Source of the DNA: Bacteroidales bacterium
Lineage (GTDB): Bacteria; Bacteroidota; Bacteroidia; Bacteroidales; P3
Direction of reading: 5' to 3'
Assembly (NCBI GenBank): GCA_017429685.1
Contig: JAFROL010000013.1
Location: 31,994 to 95,993, forward strand
DNA length: 64,000 nucleotides
Position 1 is the stretch's first letter. Every line of letters begins with the position of its first letter. The position numbers and the translations under genes are program-made. Shown here piece by piece: positions 29,937-37,747 of this stretch. The notes under the pieces are model-generated. The model was not told where the DNA came from, did not search any database, and saw only the letters and a program-made list of their open reading frames with translations.

Positions 29937-30063
29937 TAAAGATTAAAAATTAAAGATTAAAAATTAAAAAAATTGAGAGTTGAGAGTTGAAAGTTGAAAT
30001 CAGTTGTCGCTGGTATTGACCTGCGGGAAAGGATTTCAACTTTCAACTCTCAACTTTCAACTT
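29937..30063. repeat. heptad array plus 29-bp hairpin (TTGAGAG/TTGAAAG units)
   Basis: TAAAGAT/TAAAAAT heptads start directly at the oxidoreductase ATG. Then 29973-30001 pairs with 30032-30060 (29 bp, 1 mismatch, 30-nt loop). Confidence 0.9.
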
Positions 30064-30072
30064 ATTATATTG

Positions 30073-32121
30073 CTACCAGAGTTGGGCGCGCTTGTCGGGG
30101 TCGAGCCACATCTTGTCGCCCTGCTTGACGGCCCAGGCATCGTGGAACTCACCGACGTGGGGCAGAGTGACGTTGACGCGGTTGCGGGCAAGGGCGTGGA
30201 CGTCCATCTGGGTGAGCTGGAGGATGGCCTCGGGACGGGCGTTGCTGGCCCAGACGGCGGCATAGGCAAGGAAGAAGCGCTGTTCGGGTGTGAAGCCGTC
30301 CATCTTCTCTTTGTTGACCTGGCCTTTCTGGATGGCGTTCTGCATAGCGAGGTGGCTGATGTGGAGACCGCCGTTGTCGGCGATGTTCTCGCCGAGGGTG
30401 AGGGCGCCGTTGGCGTAGGTTTCGGGATCGTCAAGGACCTTGACGGCGTTGAAAGCATCGACGAGGACCTGTGCGTTCTGCTTGAAGTTCTCGGCGTCCT
30501 GCTCGTTCCACCAGTCGTTGAGGTTGCCGTCCTTGTCGTAGTTGCGGCCCTGGTCGTCGAAACCGTGGGTCAACTCGTGGCCAATGACGACTCCGATAGC
30601 GCCGTAGTTGGCAGCATCGTCAGCGTCGAACTGGAAGAAGGGCGGCTGGAGGATGGCTGCGGGGAAGCAGATTTCGTTGGTGGTGGGGTTGTAGTAGGCG
30701 TTGACGGTCTGGGGCGTCATCTGCCATTCGTCGCGGTCGACGGGCTTGTTGATCTTGCTCATATAGTAGGCCATATCGAACTCGTTGCTGCGGACGACGT
30801 TGGCGTAGTAGCTGTCGTTCTTGATTTCGAGGCCGCTATAGTCGCGCCACTTGTCGGGATAGCCGATTTTGACGAGGATGGTGGCGAGTTTTTCGTGGGC
30901 GTTGGCCTTGGTCTGGTCGCTCATCCAGGTGGCCATATCGATGCGCTGTCCGAGGGCGGTCATCAGGTTGTCGACCATCACTTTCATACGCTCTTTGGCT
31001 TCGGCAGGGAAATACTTGTCGACATAGAGGTGTCCGAGGGCTTCGCCCATAGCGCCGTCGACGGTCGAGGTGACGCGTTTCCAGCGAGGACGGTTGGCTT
31101 CGCGGCCGCTGAGGAGCTTGCCGTAGAATTCGAAGTTGGCGTCGACGAAGTTGTCGCTGAGGTAGGAGGCTGCGCCGTTGATCTCGTGCCAGGCGAAGTA
31201 GGCCTTGAGGGTGTTGATGTCTTCCTTGGCGAGGATGTCGCTGACGGCGGCAAAGTACTCAGGCTGAGCAATGTTGAAGGTCTTCATACCATCGAGAATG
31301 CCCATAGCGGAGAAGTAGCCTTTCCAGTCGATGTTGGCGGCCAGGGCGATGGCCTCGTCGACGGTCTTGCGGTTGAAGGTCTTGAAGGGGTCGCGGTTGG
31401 TGAGCTTGTCGTACTGGGCTTTAGCCAGTTTGGTTTCGAGAGCCATAACGGTGGCGGCCAGTTTGTCGGCGCTGACGCCGGTCATCTGGTCGTAGCCTGC
31501 ATTGGCGAACTGGGTCTGCATCAGTTTGAGGTAGCCTTCGCGAATCTTGGCGTTGTTGCCCTCGTCGGTGAGGTAGTAGTCGCGGTCGCCAAGGCCGAGT
31601 CCGCTCTGGTAGGCCCAGGCGATGCACTGCTTGGCATCGTCCTTGTCGGCCTCGCCGAAGACGGCGAAGAGGACGTGGTTGCCACGCTTGTGGAGACGGA
31701 TGATTTCGGCGTTGATGTCTTCGCGGGTATTGACTGCCTGGATTTCATCGAGGTAGGGTTTCAGTGGCTCGGCGCCCTGCTCCTGCAGGCGGACGCTGTC
31801 CATACCGATGTTGTAGAGGGTAGCGATTTTGTCGGCAATGCTGCCCGGCTGGTTCTGGTTGGCGGAGACGGAGTCGATGATGCCGCGGAGCTGCTTCTGG
31901 TTTTCCTCGGCGAGGAAGTCGAAGGAGCCGTAGCGCGAGTGTTCGGCGTCGAGAGGATGGTTTTTCATCCATCCGCCGCAGGCGTACTGGTAGAAATCTT
32001 CTTGAGGCGACACAGTGGTGTCGAGGTTGTCGAGGTTGATGCCGGAGGTGAGTTCCGTCTTCTTGTGACAACCGGTAGCGATCATTGCCATTGCTGTGAT
32101 TGTTAAAATGGTTTTTTTCAT
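30073..32121 (-). CDS. M13 family metallopeptidase (PepO / endothelin-converting-enzyme-like) lipoprotein
   Basis: 682 aa with the lipobox IATGC, the zinc motif HELTHGFDDQG and the downstream ENIADNGG. Confidence 0.9.
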   Translation of the reverse strand: MKKTILTITAMAMIATGCHKKTELTSGINLDNLDTTVSPQEDFYQYACGGWMKNHPLDAEHSRYGSFDFLAEENQKQLRGIIDSVSANQNQPGSIADKIATLYNIGMDSVRLQEQGAEPLKPYLDEIQAVNTREDINAEIIRLHKRGNHVLFAVFGEADKDDAKQCIAWAYQSGLGLGDRDYYLTDEGNNAKIREGYLKLMQTQFANAGYDQMTGVSADKLAATVMALETKLAKAQYDKLTNRDPFKTFNRKTVDEAIALAANIDWKGYFSAMGILDGMKTFNIAQPEYFAAVSDILAKEDINTLKAYFAWHEINGAASYLSDNFVDANFEFYGKLLSGREANRPRWKRVTSTVDGAMGEALGHLYVDKYFPAEAKERMKVMVDNLMTALGQRIDMATWMSDQTKANAHEKLATILVKIGYPDKWRDYSGLEIKNDSYYANVVRSNEFDMAYYMSKINKPVDRDEWQMTPQTVNAYYNPTTNEICFPAAILQPPFFQFDADDAANYGAIGVVIGHELTHGFDDQGRNYDKDGNLNDWWNEQDAENFKQNAQVLVDAFNAVKVLDDPETYANGALTLGENIADNGGLHISHLAMQNAIQKGQVNKEKMDGFTPEQRFFLAYAAVWASNARPEAILQLTQMDVHALARNRVNVTLPHVGEFHDAWAVKQGDKMWLDPDKRAQLW

Positions 32122-32139
32122 TGAATAAAATATTTTAAA

Positions 32140-32220
32140 TTTGTGAATTTGCTAATTCGTTAATTTGTTAATTCGTTAATTTGTTAGTGCTGACGCGTCA
32201 GCCACTAACACATTCACACA
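32140..32220. repeat. octamer array (TTYGYTAA x6) with central hairpin
   Basis: The octamers are tttgtgaa tttgctaa ttcgttaa tttgttaa ttcgttaa tttgttag. They are followed by GCTGACGCGTCAGC and then cactaaca cattcaca. The hairpin core GTTAGTG...CACTAAC is at 32183-32209. The array ends 1 nt from the sugar transferase stop. Confidence 0.85.
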
Positions 32221-32221
32221 T

Positions 32222-33640
32222 TTATTTTCCCCGTCCCTGGAAGATGATGAGGACGGTATACAATAGGATTTTTATGTCGGTTGCTATGGACATATTTTCG
32301 AGATAGAGGAGGTCGTAGCGCAGGCGTTCGACCATTTCGTCGACGTTTTCGGCATAGCCGTATTTAACTTGTCCCCACGAGGTTATGCCAGGCTTGACCT
32401 TTTGCAGCAGCAAGTATTCGGGGGCGCGCTCGACAATCTGGTCGATGAAGTACTGGCGTTCGGGCCGCGGACCGACGAGGGACATTGTACCCTTAAGGAC
32501 GTTGTAGAACTGCGGTATCTCGTCGAGACGGTATTTGCGCATTATGCGTCCGAAGGGTGTTATGCGGGGGTCGTTGTCGCTGGACAGTGCGGGTCCGGCG
32601 GATTCGGCGTCGACATACATAGAGCGGAACTTGTGCATCTTGAAGGGTTTGCCACGATAGCCGATACGCTCCTGAGCGTAGAAGACGGGGCCGGGCGAGG
32701 TGCACTTGACGATGACAGCGGTCACCAGAAACACCGGAGAGAGGACTATCAGCGCCAAGAGCGACAGCAGGATATCGGCCAGCCGCTTGACGGAATACTG
32801 CCACTCCTCCATAGGCCGCGGGTTGAAGGTGATGAGCGGCGAATGGAAGATGGAGTTGAGCTTGACGGAACCGTAGACGATGTCGCGCAAATCGGGGGTG
32901 ATCTTGATTATGACGTCGTCGCGCCGGTCGAGAAGGCGGATGATGCTGTTGATTTTGACGTAGTCGCAATCGTCGATGGCGAAGATAACCTCCTCGATAT
33001 GATGCTGTTCGATAAGGTTATTAATATCGGCAGGACCTCCGAGACAGGGCATCACGGCCTGAAGGCGCTGGTCGATGCTGCCGTTGACCTTGACAAAGCC
33101 GACAAAGATATTGCCGGAATAGACAGCCTGGTCGTCAAGTTCCTTGTATGTTTTGTAGGCTTTGTCGCCACTGCCGACAAGGAGCGTGGGGAACCCCAAA
33201 CGACGTGTGTGGATGCGGTGCGCAGTGCGCGAGGTGATGGCGAGACGGCCGGCGTAGGTCAAACAGAAATGAAGCAGGAAGAGGATGAGGAAGCTGACGT
33301 AGTAGTTGCGATAGGTGATGATATTGTCGTCGAGCAGCAGGGCGAAGAAAATGACAATGACGCCGATGAGCGACGCCCAGAATGTCATCTGCAGTTCCTT
33401 GAGCCGGGCTTTGCGGAAGACATTCTTGTAGGTGCCCTGCATAGCATACAGGCAGCACCAGGCTACGGGCAAGAGGATGATGCCCCACCAGAAATTGGAG
33501 TCGTGGAACACATTGCAGATGTCGTCAAAACGGCCGTTTTCGACCGAAAGCTTGCGATAGAAGAAAAACAATCCCCACGCAAGCAGAGCCGAGAACGCAT
33601 CCCAGAGCAGATATTTCGTTGTTTGTAGCTTCGAGTTCAA
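32222..33640 (-). CDS. polyprenyl glycosylphosphotransferase (WbaP/exopolysaccharide initiating sugar transferase)
   Basis: 472 aa with a multi-TM N-terminus and the C-terminal bacterial sugar transferase motifs PGPVFYAQERIG, KFRSM and DEIPQFYNVLKGTMSLVGPRP. Confidence 0.9.
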   Translation of the reverse strand: MNSKLQTTKYLLWDAFSALLAWGLFFFYRKLSVENGRFDDICNVFHDSNFWWGIILLPVAWCCLYAMQGTYKNVFRKARLKELQMTFWASLIGVIVIFFALLLDDNIITYRNYYVSFLILFLLHFCLTYAGRLAITSRTAHRIHTRRLGFPTLLVGSGDKAYKTYKELDDQAVYSGNIFVGFVKVNGSIDQRLQAVMPCLGGPADINNLIEQHHIEEVIFAIDDCDYVKINSIIRLLDRRDDVIIKITPDLRDIVYGSVKLNSIFHSPLITFNPRPMEEWQYSVKRLADILLSLLALIVLSPVFLVTAVIVKCTSPGPVFYAQERIGYRGKPFKMHKFRSMYVDAESAGPALSSDNDPRITPFGRIMRKYRLDEIPQFYNVLKGTMSLVGPRPERQYFIDQIVERAPEYLLLQKVKPGITSWGQVKYGYAENVDEMVERLRYDLLYLENMSIATDIKILLYTVLIIFQGRGK

Positions 33641-33666
33641 AAAAAATGGATGTTATAAGGTTGTTG

Positions 33667-34596
33667 TCACATTGTTATCAATTTCACATTGTCGATATAC
33701 AAGTTGCCTGAACGACCTTCGGAGTTAAAGATTGTAAAATAAGGCCTGATGTCGGGGTAATGGTTGAAATCCTGCGACCAGGTGCTGCCGATGTTGATGT
33801 AAATCTTTTTCCAACCTTTGTCGGCATTGGCGAAAACCTTCATATGTGAAATCGAATTGACCGGACCGCCCGAATAGATTGGATTCTTGAGGCCGACACT
33901 GAAATCGAAGTCGCTCAAATAATCCATTTCGAGATAGAGTATTGCCAGAGGGTCGGAGACATTGTAGGTTGTGTCGGTGCCGAAACTGACCGACGACTGG
34001 TTAGCAGCCACACGCACCACGCCGCACCCATAGTCGCCATACTGCGGATGGATGGTGTCGGTACTGTAGCAACGCGACACGACCGAATCGAGCGAGATGT
34101 TGCCCGGCCCCGGTTCGAAAAACTCTTTCCACACAACGCGCATCGACGATTTAGATATGTAACGGGTTTGGATTGTACCGAAATCTGTAACCGAATCGGG
34201 TGCGAGGCGGACGCTGTCGAGCGTAATGGTCTGATAGAACGGATAGCTGATACGTGTGCCGGCGATGCCGTTCTGACGCACCACGGGTGTAATGCGGATA
34301 TAGTCGATAAGGCCTTCGCGCAACACAGGCAGCTTGCAGGGCAGCTGGAAGGTGCCCAGATTGGTTTCGGCGGTGTCGCCGCGCTTCCACAGGACGACGT
34401 TGACACAGTCTATATTGCTGGAGAAAAAACCTTTTTCCTGGCTCCAGGAGTTTGACGGGTTGTCGACAACAGTCATAGCGTCGATTTTAAGAAAGGCTGG
34501 GACGGTCACGTCGCCGTCAAAACGGTCGCACGACACGGCAAACAGCATCAGGGCCAACGAAAAGGTTAATATCGGTCTTCTGTGATTCATTTTCAT
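33667..34596 (-). CDS. hypothetical lipoprotein
   Basis: 309 aa with the lipobox LFAVSC. No family recognised. Confidence 0.55.
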   Translation of the reverse strand: MKMNHRRPILTFSLALMLFAVSCDRFDGDVTVPAFLKIDAMTVVDNPSNSWSQEKGFFSSNIDCVNVVLWKRGDTAETNLGTFQLPCKLPVLREGLIDYIRITPVVRQNGIAGTRISYPFYQTITLDSVRLAPDSVTDFGTIQTRYISKSSMRVVWKEFFEPGPGNISLDSVVSRCYSTDTIHPQYGDYGCGVVRVAANQSSVSFGTDTTYNVSDPLAILYLEMDYLSDFDFSVGLKNPIYSGGPVNSISHMKVFANADKGWKKIYINIGSTWSQDFNHYPDIRPYFTIFNSEGRSGNLYIDNVKLITM

Positions 34597-34648
34597 TCGA
34601 AATATCTGTATATATATAAAATAGATTATACTAAAACGATTGTGCTTG

Positions 34649-35563
34649 TCATTTATTGTGTGAACGGCGGAATGTTTTTTGCGCTACAGTGAGGCCAAGC
34701 AATACGACACACATTCCCAACACCTTAAACAAGCTCAGTCCCTCCTGCCCTATTGCCAATGCCAAAAGGAGCGAAAAGACGGGAATGACGTTGTTGTAGA
34801 CCGATGCGGCTGTGGCTCCAAGATGTTTCATACCGTAGTTGTAAAACATATATGCCACTGTGGAACAAAATATTCCCAAAAAGGCCAAAGGCATCCACAT
34901 CGAAAACGAGAAGGACAGCATCGGCAGACGGTCACCATCGATGACGAGCATCAGCGGCAGGAAATAGACCAGGCCTATAAGGTTCTGGTAGCAAGTGATG
35001 GTCATTGGACGATAGTGGTCAAGAACCTTGACCAGGATAAGTGTGTAGACAACAGCTATCAGCACTGCCAGCGCAAGCAGCAGCAAGCCTTTGGGGCTTG
35101 CCGACAGGGAAAGGTTGTCGTTGAGCGTCATCAGCGCGATACCCAAGAGCGACAGCACCACGCCGACAATGGCATTGGCTTTAAGTTTCTCTTTGTATAC
35201 CAACGCCATAGCGAAAGGGATAAACAACGGGATTGTGGCAATGATAATGGATGCCAGGCTTCCGGAGACAAACTGCACGCCGCCGGTTTCGCACAAGCTG
35301 TAGAGGAACGGCTCCGTGAACGCCAACATAAGGAAATACTTGAGATGGCCTTTCCTGATGGGCTCCAATCTGCCTGTAAGCCATAGTATTGGAACCGCAA
35401 ACACGGTGGCTATCAGCATTCTGCCTGTTAGGATAATCAGTGGTGTGATTGCTTGTTCATTATTGAAAAGGCCTTTAGTGAAGATGAACGATGCGCCCCA
35501 AAATGCTGAGGACAAAATCATCAAGAACTGAGGCAAATATTTGTTGTTTATACTTGTATTCAA
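34649..35563 (-). CDS. DMT superfamily (EamA-like) transporter
   Basis: 304 aa with about ten hydrophobic segments and a duplicated EamA-like layout. Confidence 0.75.
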   Translation of the reverse strand: MNTSINNKYLPQFLMILSSAFWGASFIFTKGLFNNEQAITPLIILTGRMLIATVFAVPILWLTGRLEPIRKGHLKYFLMLAFTEPFLYSLCETGGVQFVSGSLASIIIATIPLFIPFAMALVYKEKLKANAIVGVVLSLLGIALMTLNDNLSLSASPKGLLLLALAVLIAVVYTLILVKVLDHYRPMTITCYQNLIGLVYFLPLMLVIDGDRLPMLSFSFSMWMPLAFLGIFCSTVAYMFYNYGMKHLGATAASVYNNVIPVFSLLLALAIGQEGLSLFKVLGMCVVLLGLTVAQKTFRRSHNK

Positions 35564-35608
35564 TGTTTGTGTTATGAGTTGATTTGTAAAAAGATAGAAT
35601 TAAATTCT

Positions 35609-36106
35609 TCACGTGTTGCCGAACTTGTCAAACTCGCAGATTTCAAGGTCTTTCGGTTTGTCGTCGAGAGTCAACCGTATCAAAGTCGAAACCTTATGAA
35701 ACCCCTGACGGCCGGCGGCACCGGGATTGATGTGCAGCATATTGTACGACTTGTCGTACATAACACGCAGTATATGAGAATGTCCCGCAATGAAAATATC
35801 TGGCTTTTCCGAATCGAAAATAGGCAGCAGGCGCTTTTCGTAATGGCCCGGATAGCCGCCAATATGGGTCATAAGTATCTTGAATTTTTCGCGACGCAGC
35901 AACTGTGTCTGAGGCACAACATAACGCAGATCCCAGCCGTCCATATTGCCATATACGGCCACTACGGGCTTGAACTGCTTCAATTCGTCGAGCACGCCCG
36001 AGCCGATGTCGCCGGCGTGCCACAACTCGTCGCAATCCTTGAAGAATGAATACACCTGCTTGGGAACGGTGCCGTGCGTGTCCGAAAGTATTCCGATTCT
36101 CAACAT
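35609..36106 (-). CDS. metallophosphoesterase family protein (YfcE/MJ0936-like)
   Basis: 165 aa with the motifs GILSDTHG, HAGDIG and AGHSH. Confidence 0.8.
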   Translation of the reverse strand: MLRIGILSDTHGTVPKQVYSFFKDCDELWHAGDIGSGVLDELKQFKPVVAVYGNMDGWDLRYVVPQTQLLRREKFKILMTHIGGYPGHYEKRLLPIFDSEKPDIFIAGHSHILRVMYDKSYNMLHINPGAAGRQGFHKVSTLIRLTLDDKPKDLEICEFDKFGNT

Positions 36107-36654
36107 CAGTCGTTATAATGTATTTCCTCCAGGTTCTCCTGCACCATCTCTTTCAGCCAGTTAAACACCTTGACGTCATTCATATCCATCCCGTCGAGGG
36201 CTTCCTTGATTTCGTCGGTGTCGAAAACAAACTCACCGTCGTCGGTGATATGCTTATATATTATATGTATATCCTGATGGGCAGCACAAAGCATAACGAT
36301 TGTTCCCGACAGGTCGCCCATCGGCGGACGGTCCCAATGGTTGTGCTGGAACCAGAAATCGAGACGGGTGCCTTTGCCGACTTCGCTCTGCAGCTTCATC
36401 CCGCCGCCACAGTTCTCGGTATTCATCTTGATGAGGGGCAGTCCGAGACCCACCTTGCGTGTGGTTCGCGATGTGGTGTAGGGGTCTGTCACTTTGGCCA
36501 TAAACTCGGGGGTCATACCCTTACCGTTGTCCTCAATCGTAAAGGCATAGACATTGTCTTTCAGGCTGTCCTTTATCGTCAGTCGGACCTCGGTGGAGTT
36601 GGCAGCAGTGCTGTTCTCCATCAGGTCGTAGACGTGCATCGCTAATTCTTTCAT
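36106..36654 (-). CDS. stand-alone GHKL (HATPase_c) ATP-binding protein
   Basis: 182 aa with an N-box ENSTAA, G1 DNGKGM and G2 GLGLP. Its stop overlaps the downstream start (TGATG). Confidence 0.7.
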   Translation of the reverse strand: MKELAMHVYDLMENSTAANSTEVRLTIKDSLKDNVYAFTIEDNGKGMTPEFMAKVTDPYTTSRTTRKVGLGLPLIKMNTENCGGGMKLQSEVGKGTRLDFWFQHNHWDRPPMGDLSGTIVMLCAAHQDIHIIYKHITDDGEFVFDTDEIKEALDGMDMNDVKVFNWLKEMVQENLEEIHYND

Positions 36655-36672
36655 TTTGTCGTTAATATTATG

Positions 36673-37686
36673 TCAGACAAGAAGATTGTTCCGCTTGACA
36701 TAGATGCGGATTATCTTTAGGGCCGTCCTTGGGCATCGGCGAAGCATCCAATCGAGCGCAACGAGGGATTTTTTCTTTTTGAAATAAGGATTGCCGGCAT
36801 AGTCGGGAACCTGTGCCAAAAGCTCGTCACGAATTATGCCGACAACGTTCGGCTTGGGTTCCAGCGAGTTGTATACATAGTTGAACACCGACGAGAAGTA
36901 GCCCTTCTTTATGTATATGAAATCGACCTCGTTCTTGAATTTGTCATAAGCCCCTTTCTCTTTGAGGAATGCCATAAGCGAGCGGAAAGTCTCGAGGCGC
37001 TTCTGATACTTGGTGCTGTCCTTGGTGGTACAGACCGAGCTGGGACGGATTATGTAGTGATAGAACGGTTTGTCGACACTTGCCGTCGACGAGGCCAGCA
37101 GCAGGCAGCTGGTGATGAAATAGCTGTCGTCGGCGCTGCGCGACGACGGGAACCTGATCCCGTAGCGTTCCACCATATCGCGCTTATAGATAAACGTCGA
37201 AAACATCGACACATAGTGCGTCAGGAAGAAACTTCTTTTCTCGTCGCTCAGTGGACCCGCGGCAACCGTAGGGTTCTGGAGTATAACGGAAGGCTGACCG
37301 TCGAGGAAATCCTTCGAAATCTGGCAGTAGCAGAGCTCTGCCCCACCCTGCCGGACAGCTTCGCTGTATAGCTCCTCGAACATCGTCGGCTCCACCCAGT
37401 CGTCGCTGTCCACAAAAGCCACATACTCGCCCTTGGCCTGAGGAATGGCGTAATTGCGGGCCATACCGGCTCCCAGGTTGTGCTCCGGCTTCAGAAAGAC
37501 AAACTGGTCCTTGCGCGGATGGCCTTCTATCATCTTCTGGACCAACTCGATACTGTTGTCCGGACCGTGGTCGTCCACAAAGATGAACTCCATTTCCTGC
37601 AACGTCTGTTCAAGCAGCGACTGAGCACATTTTTCTATATATTCTGCAACTCCATATACAGGGAGTATTACCGATACTTTGGTCAT
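36673..37686 (-). CDS. glycosyltransferase family 2 protein
   Basis: 337 aa with VSVILPVYGVAEYIEKC and the DSDD motif. Confidence 0.85.
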   Translation of the reverse strand: MTKVSVILPVYGVAEYIEKCAQSLLEQTLQEMEFIFVDDHGPDNSIELVQKMIEGHPRKDQFVFLKPEHNLGAGMARNYAIPQAKGEYVAFVDSDDWVEPTMFEELYSEAVRQGGAELCYCQISKDFLDGQPSVILQNPTVAAGPLSDEKRSFFLTHYVSMFSTFIYKRDMVERYGIRFPSSRSADDSYFITSCLLLASSTASVDKPFYHYIIRPSSVCTTKDSTKYQKRLETFRSLMAFLKEKGAYDKFKNEVDFIYIKKGYFSSVFNYVYNSLEPKPNVVGIIRDELLAQVPDYAGNPYFKKKKSLVALDWMLRRCPRTALKIIRIYVKRNNLLV

Positions 37687-37747
37687 TTATATAATTTTGT
37701 TTTTTTGTTTATACTATGATTGCTTCTGCCACTAACGCATTAACACA

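Noticed and set aside
30004-32106. 700-aa plus-strand ORF opposite the M13 peptidase. Similar cases are 55731..57719 opposite yidC, 44016..45566 opposite nrdD, 61518..62774 opposite atpD, 11998..13311 opposite the aminotransferase, 266..2107 opposite serA, and 38759..39781 and 39926..41032 opposite the AsmA-like gene.
   Set aside because: All are antisense to well-supported genes and have V/G/D/A/H/L-rich, motif-free translations.
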